The position numbers and the translations under genes are program-made. Positions 25,001 through 37,000 of a stretch of DNA of 64,000 bases are shown here, piece by piece (within the stretch, counting starts at the first letter, position 1; every line of letters starts with the position of its first letter). The notes beneath the pieces are model-generated. The model did not search any database. It was given only the letters and a program-made list of their open reading frames with translations, and was not told the origin of the DNA. This stretch comes from Balanoglossus misakiensis (lineage: Eukaryota > Animalia > Hemichordata): NCBI GenBank assembly GCA_040954595.2, contig CM082598.2, positions 9,935,097 through 9,999,096 on the forward strand, given 5' to 3'.

Positions 25001-28000
25001 TGGCGTAAATTCCCCAGACAGACGCAAATCAGGGGCGATTTTCAGCATAGTTTGGCGTCGACGGTGGCGAGTCGAGCCCACAACTTCAGCCGTTGAGAAT
25101 TCAAACGTGCTGTCAATCAAACGCTTGTGTAAACTGAGGCGCTAATCGGACGCATGTTTACGTAATCTCCATCTGTGTTGATTCTGTATAAGCAGTAAAC
25201 ACTGCTAATTGCCCTGCCATCTCCTTATCTGCGTTCTGTAAACTGGAATGTGTTTTCACGAGATTGTAGATGTGCAATTGACTGCTCACTCTTCGAGGTC
25301 ATGGCTGTAAAATACACGAGTTGATCAAATCGACGTAAAAATGCAAACCTTTTCTACTACTACTACTACTACTATCACGAAAAAAACACGTTGGTCATAC
25401 AATTTCACAGGATTCTCTGACCAAAGATTCTTTGGGCCTGAAAAGAGTAGTTTGACTCGTCTTCCCGAAAAGAAGTGTTTTATATTCACGGTGATTATGC
25501 CCACCGATGTCCGACTTACGGTAACCGGGGCAAGATATAAAGATCGGACGACGGAAGTAACGCACAACTTTGCGCCTTGTTACAAAATTTCGTCAGCCCC
25601 TGTTTTGAGATATTTCTCTCGTCACGCAAATCGTATCTCCAATCCAGCATGATCCAGAACTTTGCACAGAGTAGAAAAGAGACCATCTCTGCTGTCTATG
25701 ATTATTTATAGTATCAGCAATTCGAATTACGTTTCTTTCCTATGACATTTTCGACAAGCATCAATGACCCGGCAAAAGTTGTCGACTGACGTCGTGACCG
25801 CGATTATCATCTAAATAAAGCAGACATTTTCGCATTGTTCATATATGGCTTAAATTTCTTTTGTTGACTCTATGTGTATTTCTGTCGATAGTAAACTCGA
25901 TGACCGGCGGGCTAAAGTTTGATCTACGTATATTTCGGGCAGTGGAACCCTTCTCAAGTTGGGTAGAGAAATTGTACCCGTCACAAGCTAGCCAGGTCGG
26001 CCGCGTGTTACGGCTGTGTTGCTGTCGGCGAGTCCAATCACACGCGGTTGAAGATACAGTCAGTATAAATAACACACAGTCCCGAATTGAGCGTCGAAGC
26101 CATCAGAGTGATCGAGCCCTCTGTAACAACAGTGCTCATATGTAGCTAGCTGGCTGGACGATCGTTTTTGTTTATCTGGCTATAGGCCTTCTACCGGTAG
26201 CACAAATTGAAGATCTGTTTATAGGATTAGCCAAGGTGGTAAACTGTTGCAATTCGTGTGTGTATCTAACGTACTATAAGTTAAACATCGCAACTAGCCT
26301 AATGTATGACTAGGAGGAGCACCTACTAATGCGAGAACCAGGGATTGAAAATTGCCCCTTTAAGCAGTTTCCCTCCACCACCCGTGGTCACTGCCATGGT
26401 CATGTTTCAGTGCTACCTCTTTGCACCTACTTTGGTAGAATCAATAATAACTCCTATGTCAAGAACATAGCTATTAATAGTGCCTTTCTCACGTGCCGTC
26501 AACGCCGCCCCAGCGGCGGCCCTAGGGCGGCGTTAATTTGTAAGTGCCACGTGTGAAAAGGTGAGAGCGGCCCTGCGCCGCTCTTTTTTTGTGACGGTGT
26601 TGAGGGGTGGGACCTGGGTCGGGGCGCCGCACTAAACAGCGATTCAAATCACGTGTGAACAGAAACACCGCACTAAACGCCGATCTAAACGCACTCTGCC
26701 GACGCGGTTTGTCTCATTAAGCGCTGCATTAAGCGTTGAGGTTCACTTTACTAAAACAATGGCCGAAGCAGTGTCTCGAGGCAACAATTGGAGTGACGCG
26801 GAAATGGCCAAGGCACATACAAAGGAATTGCAAACTCGACCTCCGACGACGATTTAGTAGCATGGACTGCAGTCTTCCAGGCGCAACCTCCAATGAAAGG
26901 TTACCATAAACCGGTATCGGTTCATTCAAATGCCCATGAAATCGGCGTCGGCGACGTTTAAAAAGCAAATTCAGGAGTACCATATACAGTAGCTCTGGAC
27001 TTATACGCTGTTTGGGTATAAGTCCAGAGCTACATATACAGTAAACACATCACTGAATCCGCCATTGTGACCTTTAGCCACGCTGCTGTGGACGCATTGA
27101 GTGCGGTGATCCCGTCCCTTTTATACACATGTGAATGCAAAACTATTTGAGTCGCTGATAAGAAATGTTTACCAACTTTTATAATCCCAAAAAGGGCGCC
27201 CTAATCATTGCACGTGTGCAAGCGACTAATGGGACAAAGTCTCTCTCTCACTGCCATTTATTATGTTTGATCATGGAGGTACTAAGAGAATGAACCCCAT
27301 GTGCATCTTAATCTGTTTGCAGTAAACATTAGGCTCTCATCCTTTTATCACCTGATAGGCGTTCATAAAAGCTGTGTGCTTGCGTAGATAAACAAATTAC
27401 AGCTGGCGTCGCGTCTCCATGATGTACAAAGCATAAACAACTGGACCAAATTGCTCTTCCGAACGTCTCTGCACTCAAAATATTCATTTCAAAATCATAC
27501 TTTTTGGCTGTACAAAGAAGAAAAATAACGCTACAAATCTTCCAAGACGTTTCCGGTAGTGGTGACGCGTAAACTGGACCCCTACATGTAAATAAAAGTC
27601 ACCGCGCATATGTAGTACGCTCGTCCGCGATGTGCGCATGATGTTTTTAATTTCATAGAAATATTACCCCGTAGATCTTGCAAACCTAACTGTAAAATCG
27701 GTGGTAACGCACAGTGGGTTCAAAGGACGCTATCGACACAGAAACACAAAGACTTAAGAAGCTTATCACACTTATGAAGAAAGGGATATAAGGGGGGGGG
27801 GTTACACGTGCCTGTTTACTCCGGACCTGACACCGGATTAAATTTAACCCGGTGTCAGTTTGACGTGTGACCAGACAACTCCGGACTAACACCGCATTAA
27901 AATAATCCGGAGTCGGAGGGGTGGTTCAGGTACGGTGCGCCGTCTTAAACAGTGACCTCTTCACACGTGTGACCCGATCGCCGAACTAAACACCGCACTA

Positions 28001-31000
28001 AATCTTGTCTTCCGGCTCGCGGTCATTACCACGATGGACAGCGTTCAAGCAAGATGCTCCCGCGATCGCGGCAACAATTGGTCAGATGACGAAGTCAAAC
28101 TACTGATTTCAATCTGGAAAGACGAAAACGTTATCCGTATGATGGACGGCACGTCGAGGGATAGGCGAGTGTATGAGGTCATCGCTGCCAAGGCCAGGGA
28201 GAAGGGACTCGACAGAACCGCGGAGCAATGTCACAACAAAATCAAACGGTTGCGAAACCAATACAAAACTGTTTCCGACCACAACCGTCGTTTTGGCGAT
28301 TGTGGTTAAGTTGAGTTAGCCCAGTGAATACTGCTGAGGGCGCTTGACCCGAACTAAATTTAGAGCTTGTAAATTGACGTGTAAACGAGCGTTCTCCTAA
28401 GTCGCTGATAAGGAATGTTTACAGAGCGACAAATCCGATCAACTCAGGTTTAAAATTATTCACGTGTAACCCCAGCATTAATCCGCTTAAAATCCGTCCT
28501 CGCTCCTTCTCTCTAGTACCTCCATGGTTTGATACAAGACACTGTTTATGTTAATGTACATGTGTTTATGTAGTGAATGAACTTTCAACCACACACAACT
28601 TCCATCCCATTTGTAGGATATGAGAGTAAAAATCTCGCCAAAATAAATGAATGGTATACTGATTATTCATCTTGGCGAGAATTTCACTCTTGTGTGACTA
28701 CAAGTGGGATGGAAGGTGTGTGTGGCCGAGCGTTGATTCACTATATATCCACATGTAGAATAACATAAATGGTGTCTTGTATCAAACATAATTAATGGGA
28801 AAAAAGGCAGCGAGAGAGAGACTTTGTCCCATTAAGTAATGATATGAACATGTGGAGCAGTGAAATCAGAAAACAGGCCAGTGTAATCAGAGTGACAGCT
28901 ATGAGGTTGTTTTCAATCACTAACTTAGAGGGATCGGGTAGGCTAGGCCTGGGTTTCGGAGTTTGCCATAGATTTACCCCTGTTGCAGAGATCAGGAAAG
29001 TTTAATGTGAAGGGTCCTTGCGCCTTGTTTGTTTGTTTATAAACATCACAATCCATCCACAAATCCCTGAAATTAGTTCTTAGAATGAACGAAGCAGCCA
29101 ACCATATCATAGACTGGGCATGACAGCAACTGAAGATTCTAGTAGGTCGTGGCGACAGCAGTGAGGTTTGTGCTGGTATGGGAGGACATATTCTCATCAA
29201 AGGGGACACCCACGTGGCGCGACGACCAATTCCTTTTAAACTCTTTATTTCTCCTGTTAAAAACAAACGTTCTGCCTGTTGCCAACCCCATTGAGAGTGA
29301 ATGTTGACACTGGACATTTCCTGTTTAAAACCCTGTTCTTATTTTTCGCCAGGATTTCATTAGTTTATTTTGGCATTTTCGGCATTTTCCTTAAAGGAAA
29401 AAATCAGATTCACCTAACTGGATAGTTTTCCAACCCAATATAGTGATAGATGCTAAGCTGGGCTGTATGTGGCATGTACTTCTTCAATTGGAACCAATGG
29501 TTACCATGATACCAGATAAGGTAAATGTTTTTCTTTTCTTAAGCTGCACAGTTTCATTATGTCTATGTACATTGCATAGGCGCTTGGTCCCCTTCTGTTA
29601 TTGCTGGAGTTTTTCTTCTTTCTTCTTGAGTCTTTTTTTTGCTCCCGTTTTGCTCAAAAATCCTTGGTTCTACGCCTATGAAACTTGGCACGGTGGTTGG
29701 GGCCCATGAGTACTAGTGCACCTGCCCTTTGAATTTGTAATTAGTCACGTGACTTGGTGGCTATAATCGAGCGAAATTTTCAAATTGAAAACAAAAAAAA
29801 ATTGGCATGTACATTCTTTTCACGATTTTCGTAGACCATGTGGCCAAAATCCCCTGTGCCAAATTTCAAGGTCCTAGGCCACGTCGATTTTGAGAAGAAG
29901 ATTTGTGTAATATTTTTTGGTGGGCTGAGGACAAACACTGGGGCATCGGACTTTGACCGTCATTACATAATGTTGTGGAGATCTCATTAGCAGGCGGGTT
30001 GCAGTAGTCCTTGGAAAATCGGCTGAAATACGTAAACAGACCAGTGATTATTTTCCACGGAATGAATTTTGGGACAACACATTATCGGAGTTCAGGCTGT
30101 GTTAGGGCGTTTTATTGAATTACGCTGAGTTTTTTAGCTGTTGCCGTTCAAATGTGTCCACGCAGACCCAGCTACACTGGTTAACATTCAATGTAATGCG
30201 GCAGCGGACTTTGACCCTCAGTCGCTAATGTTGCGGGAGGTTTCATTAGCATTTAGGTAGTCACATGTAGTGGATAGTAGTTCGGGAAATTGGCCGAAAT
30301 ACGTAAACAGACCAGTGATTTTCTTGCACGAAGGGAGTATGGTACCAGCAATAATCAGAGATCAGGCTTCGTTGCCGTTCAAAAGTTCCTACTTCAGTCG
30401 TGACGTTGCAACTGGACGTTCAGTATGGGGTTCGGCCCGCAGGTGGCCGTGGGGGTTATCAGGTCCCCCGTAATGGCACGCAGTTTCATGCAGCTGTATG
30501 GGACCAAAATAATAAGCTCGATTCGGGGGTCACCTGTGACACCTGCGTAACTCAATTATGTGCATGCGTAATTGTGGGGTCAATGAAAGGGATGCTAGCG
30601 TGGTATTTGTTGCACATGGATCAATATGAAGTCCGATTTTCCTGTCAAGTTGTGGGCGACCTTATGTGACATTTCACCTACTTTTGCTTAGTGAATAATA
30701 GCAGGTGCATGCAGCTTTGGCGTGGTGGGGGGGGGGGGGGATATACGCATTGGACCATAATGATATACCAAAGGCGGGGTCACCTGTTGCACCTGCCTAA
30801 GTCACTGATTTTGTACATTTAATTGGACACTAACCAACAGGGCGATATGTGTGGGTTTTGTTCCACAGGGACGAATGTAAATGTCAGTTGGTTTTTGCCC
30901 AAATGTATAAGGTGATTTGGATGACCTCTGTCGTACAGTGCCATATCTCAGCACGTTGTACAGGTGCAGCTTTGGTATTTGGAGGGATGAAACTATCATG

Positions 31001-34000
31001 AAATGCCAAATACAGGGGGATACCTGTGACACCTGCTTGATTCATGTATTACGTGCATACCTAATGGTAGGCAAAGTGAAAGGGCTGCAAATGTAGGATT
31101 TGTTGCACATGACATAAACAGGAATGAAAAGTTTTTGTCAAATATTTGGGTGACCTCAGGTGTCCATTGACCTGCTTTCCATATGTTAGCATGCACATCA
31201 TATATAGCCACGTGTTTGGAGGGGTAGGGTAGGACCCTCTGCGTCATGAAATGCTAAATTCCTGGGGCCACCTGTAACTTACTTGCGTAACTCATTATTA
31301 TGGCCATATCTAATTTGACCAACCCAAAGGGCGAGGATTTTCCGTTGTCTTGAATATGAACCAAATAAGAAACCTAATTTTTGGCCCAATTTTTGGGTAC
31401 CCTCACCTGACCTTTGAAGTACTTACTGAAGTACTTACAACGTAGAAGTTCACCTTTGGTTGTTGTGTTTGTACTTGTAGGACATGCATTTCGGGTGGTT
31501 GCCTACTTCCCCATATCTCAACATCGAGAGCAAATACACCCTACGCATTTGAATGGTACAACCCTGAATGGAGTCTAATGGTTATTAACTCTATGCTTGG
31601 GCCCCTTCAATGCTGCTTGCAGCTTTAATTTCTTTTCTTTTCTGTTTTGGTTCAGAGACCTAGCGCTTTTTCAGAGGAATTTTCCACTCTAAGCTCTGTA
31701 TTTTAGGGCGGGGTCTTGAGGCAGTTTGATGAACCTCCATGTATCAGAACAATTGTAAACTATTGTTGTCATAAAGCTGGGTGTTAGCGTAGCCACACAC
31801 AGTAAAGTTTGTGGTATGGCCTGTTTATTGTTAATTAGCTCAGGAGAAGAGACAAAACCAACTGTTTAACTAACAGTCAGAAGTTTTATCTGCCTGATAT
31901 TTACCTATGTTGGCTAGCAGTATCATTGTTAGAACTTGAGCTTGGAATAATTTAAACAATGAAACCAGTGCATGTGCTCTTGGTCAGATCTAGCCAGATC
32001 TTGGTCAGATCAACATTTGCAGCATGTTTTATCAATTTCGCTGCAGTAATTTCAGAAATTTAGCACTATTTAGAATTTTCAGCCATTTATAGGTATTGTG
32101 TTAACAGACAAACTGACAGACAGGTAGATATCGGTATGACATTAGCTCATATGTGAGAACACATGAGCTAAAAATGATAATCCTTGATGCTATTTTATTT
32201 TCATTTTCAGTGTCGACTGATAGATTTTCTGTTACTCAGAAGTGAATGTAAATTGGTAATATTATCAGTATGCAAGCAAGCTCTGGTACCAGGACATCAG
32301 TATAATCTGTCAACGATATCTGCAATATTTGATAAACTTAACCAGGGGTACCGAAATTATCTTGAACAAGAATCACAAGGATTACAGGTATGATAAATCT
32401 TTTGGAGTCTATTACACATGCAATCTAATTTTGGAATTCTACAACAGACATAAGTGTTGCAATCACCTTGATGCAACTTTATCATAATTTGTCTTTTAAG
32501 TTCATTCAAAATCTAAAAGCAGTCATTTCCTTGAAATTTTCATCTATTTTCTCTAAAAAAAATCAGCTGAACTGTTTTGTAGAAGGAAATGATCAGCTGA
32601 ATTTTTGAAAGATTTTGTTTTTTTTTCCAAAAATTCAGCTGCATTTTTCACTGATGTGTGTTTCCCTCAAAAATTCAGCTGAATTTTACACAGATCACAC
32701 ACTTTGGGAAGGTTTGGTGCAAATTATAAGGTTACAAACAAAAATCTAATGGCACATTTATAAACCTCTAATTTTTATTCTTTCACCAATACATGGGAAG
32801 GTCAAATTATAAGGTTACAAACAAAAATCTAATGGCACATTTATAAACCTCTAATTTTTATTCTTTCACCAATACATGGGAAGGTATTACATGTATTTTC
32901 AGACTGTGGAATTCTGAATGTGTTATGAGTACATGTACTTTATTTTGCACTATTTCATGATAATTGTAGAAAGTCTCTTTGCCGTTTTTCATCTGTACTA
33001 AAAATCTTTGACAGTTTATAACGAGTGTGCGTACTCAGTTTCAGAGTTGAAGGTTAACTTTTAAGTATTTCTTTCATCTGACTCTGTAATCTATAACCCT
33101 TCTGCCCACAATGGCCAGATACTGAGTTCCATGTCTTAATCAAACTACTGTTCACCTATACCAGGTTCACACAAGGTAAAATTTGAGACACTGTGTGCCT
33201 ATGGTAAACACAGAGCATTAATCTTTTGAGTCGCGTTGTGTCCACACACTCAAAGTTTATGCACTGAGGCTCGGCCCCATAGACCATATGGGTTGCGGAA
33301 ATGTGTTAATCCTTACAACAGCTCTGATCTGGCCGGCAAAGCCGTCTCAAATCTGAAACATTTCAGGACCACTTAAATGCGGAGCGTCCCTATATATAGG
33401 GGTAGCCAAATGGCGGTGTTCATTGTGTAAATTGACTCTGAAGGGTGAACAGCGGACACACGCTCCCGAGAATGCATGATTTTCCGAAGTTTTCGACCGC
33501 AAAATCCTTCACAATGCATACAAATTCCACCATGAATATGTCTCCTACCGATTTATGGCGTAAATTCCCCAGACAGACGCAAATCGGGGGCGATTTTCAG
33601 CATTTTTGGGCCTCGACGGTGGCGAGTCGAGCCCACAACTTCAGCCGTTGAGAATTCAAACGCGTTGTCAATCAAACGCTTGTGTAAACGAGGCGCTAAT
33701 CGGATGCCTGTTTACGTAATCTCCATCTGTGTTGATTCTGTATGAGCAGTAAACACTGCTAATTGCCCTGTCATCTCCTTATCTGCGTTCTGTAAACTGG
33801 AATGTGTTTTCACGAGATCGTAGATGTGCAATTGACTGCTCACTTTTCGAGGTCATGGCTGTAAAATACACAAGTTGATCAAATCGACGTAAAAATGCAA
33901 ACCTTTTCTACTACTACTACTACTACTATCACGAAAAAAACACGTTGGTCATACAATTTCACAGGATTCTCTGACCAAAGATTCTTTGGGCCTGAAAAGA

Positions 34001-37000
34001 GTAGTTTGACTCGTCTTCCCGAAAAAAGAAGTGTTTTATATTCACGGTGATTATGCCCACCGATGTCCGACATACGGTAACCGGGGCAAGATACAAAGAT
34101 AACGCACAACTTTGCGCCTTGTTACAAAATTTCAGCCGCTTTCCTGAGATATTTCTCTTGTCACGCCAATCGTATCTCCAATCCAGCATGATCCACAACT
34201 TTTTGTACAGAGTAGAAAAGAGACCATCTCTACTGTCTATGATTATTTATAGTATCAGCAATTCGAATTACGTTTCTTTCCTATGACATTTTGGACAAGC
34301 ATCAACGACCCGGCAAAAGTTGTCGACTGACGCCGTGACCGCGATTATCATCTAAATAAAGCAGACATTTTCTCATTGAATTGCTTTTGTTGGCTCTATG
34401 TGTATTTCTGTCGATTAGTAAACTCGATGACCGGCGGGCTAAAGTTTGATCTACGTATATTTCGGGCAGCGGAACCCCTCTCAAGTTGGGTAGAGAAATT
34501 ATACCCATCACTTGCTAGCCAGGTCGGCCGCGTGTTACGGCTGTGTTGCTGTCGGCGAATCCAATCACAGGCGGTTGAAGGCACAGTCAATATAAATAAC
34601 ACAAAGACCCGAATCGAGCGTCGAAGCCGTCAGAGCAATCGAGCTCTCTGTAACAACAGTGTTCATTTGTAGCTAGCTGGCTGGACGATCGTTTTCGTTT
34701 ATCTGGCTAGGCCTACTACCGGTAGCACAAATTGACAATCTGTTTATAGGATTAGCCAAGGTGGTAAATTGTTGCGATTCGTGTGTGTATCTAATGTACT
34801 GTAAGTTAAACATCGCAACTAGCCTAATGTATGACTAGGAGGAGCACCTACTAATGCGAGAACCAGGGATTGCAAATTCCGCCTTTAAACCGTTCACACA
34901 TAATAATTTAAGCCAGTATTTGATCTGAGACATTTCAGAAACGTCTTAATGGTCCCTGTGTGACCCCATACTAGTTCCCAGCAGATTTCTTTTCTGCAGT
35001 ATTTGAACTGCTATTGTCAAGCATTATAGACACAGACATTTAATTTATGGATAGGTAAGATTGAAGTTAAGACGCAGTTAATGCCCATTTTACATCCTTT
35101 AAGGGTAGATTTTTTTTGATGGGTGAAGACACGCCATCTTTGAATTGAAACCTGCATCACCCGCGTACCACGCATGTGTAAAAGTTGGCACCATGCCTAT
35201 AACGTACTTTCTGTGCAGTTGAGTGCTAGCGAACTATGCAAAAGGTTTTCAGTTTAGTCACTTACAAATGGAACAGGAATATTGTTGTTACTTCTATAAA
35301 ATTTCGAATTATTTGGTAGGTGTATTTGACTGGTATTAATTTCAATCCCTGACTAGGTCGGAGAGCCTGGTGCTGTTAGAAGTGGTCGAAGAAGAAGCCA
35401 AGCTATAGTGGATCAGTCTGACATGTATACCCATGTCTTTTCATTCTTTGTGGACAATAAGGTAATTCATATAATTGCTACAGTCATTCACATATAGGCA
35501 TAATGTAGTGGCTGGAATGTAGACCCTATCTGGAGTTCTAGTTTAGGCCAAATAAAATGAAATGTTTCTGGTCAGTACGCGTCACCATAGACCCTAGAGA
35601 AAGAAGGACGCGCAACTCCAGGTTTTTCTTGAAACGATGTTCTTTTGCATACATTATTTCCGGATAATCCCCAATAATCCAATTTGCAAATAAACTGTGT
35701 ATAAACTAACGCGTTTTGCGTGAAGTTATCACAAACATCTCGCAGGAGATGAGAAAACTGCAACGCGGTTTAACTGCAGCGATCATTTATGGAACACATC
35801 TGGACAAGTTAAACACGAATTTGGCACTTCTGAGTCTGACAGCGTCCAAATCAAGCATCTTTTGTCTAACAGAATCGGTATTTGACAAGGCTGTGAGCTA
35901 ACCGTACCTATAGTAGGGCAGTTAACCAAAAAATCGTGCACTTTGGGTTAAAGGCATGAAACTTGGTAGACGTATGCATTGACCCATGGCGGCCATTTTC
36001 TGATATGGATCCAAACTGACAGCGCCCTCTAGTGGCCAGAAACAGACATTCATACTTTTTAATCGTGCACTTCGGGTTAAAAGCATGAAACTTGGTACAA
36101 TTATTCATTGACCCATGGCGGACATTTTCCAATATGGATCCCAAAAGACAGCGCCCTCTAGTGGCCAGAAACTTACATTCACACTTTTTCCCCCATTAAT
36201 GGCACTGTTTGGTCAATTGTAAGACTCAGAAACAGGAATGTGGGTTGTAAAACATGCTTGCTACCATACATTGATGTGTATATTATCCTAATCCTGATGT
36301 ACATGTATTAGATCAATCTTGCTGACAGAAACAAAGAGCAGTGCTGTCAGACTAGACCTAAAGCACCTACAGAAACATGTGCATGACTTTGTGCAACTGA
36401 TTTCCTGAGGTTGACACTTTTCTTGGGCTTGACTAAGAGTTGTCCACTTTGATTTCCACTGGGATTCTGTTGGTTTGATATATAGCTTTGCTAGGTTTCT
36501 CATAGCACATGTACTTTAAGAGCTACATGTGAAGAAGGAATATTCTCAAGAACCTTGACTTTCTGGAGAAGAGGTGTTGTCTTACCCCTTTGCATGACTT
36601 TGTGTATTCAACTGGTTCTGTTATTTCAAAGAACAAATCGTTCAATTAGTAACATACAAGATTGATCTGATACATGTACATCAGGATTAGGATAATATTA
36701 AAAGGAATGTATGGCAGCAAGCATGTTTTACAACCCACATTTCTGTCTCTGAGTGTTAAACTTGCCCAAAAAGTGTCATTAATGGGGGGAAAGTGTAAAT
36801 GTCAGTTTCTAGCTACTAGAGGGCGCTGTCTTTTTGGATCCATATTGGAAAAAGTCCGCCATGGGTCAATGAATAATTGTACCAAATTTCAGGCTTTTAA
36901 CCCTAAGTGCACAATTTTAAAGTATATATGTCTGTTTCTGGCCGCTAGAGGGCGCTGTCGTTTTGGATCCATATCAGAAAATGGCCGCCATGGGTCAATG

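Larger units (their letters stand above)
27272..28526. mobile_element. P-element-like non-autonomous element (7-bp TSD)
   Basis: GTTTGAT-CATGGAGGTACTA ... TAGTACCTCCATG-GTTTGAT. Confidence 0.75.
27230..28831. mobile_element. Kolobok-like family D element hosting nested insertions
   Basis: TIR TGGGACAAAGTCTCTCTCTC / GAGAGAGAGACTTTGTCCCA-TTAA; the left TTAA is restored when the Harbinger insert is removed; sisters at about 8361, 52546-53961 and about 54765. Confidence 0.75.
21727..29407 (+). other. U12-type (minor spliceosome) GT-AG intron of RMC1, 7681 bp
   Basis: 5' end GTATCCTT; branch-like TTTTCCTTAAA at 29385-29395 just before a CAG with no pyrimidine tract; splicing restores CEL-Y-SPNW in frame. 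Confidence 0.88.

Noticed and set aside
24761-26145. Short ORFs duplicated at 33445-34672
   Set aside because: They recur only because the element is duplicated; indels between copies break the frames and no domain is recognisable.
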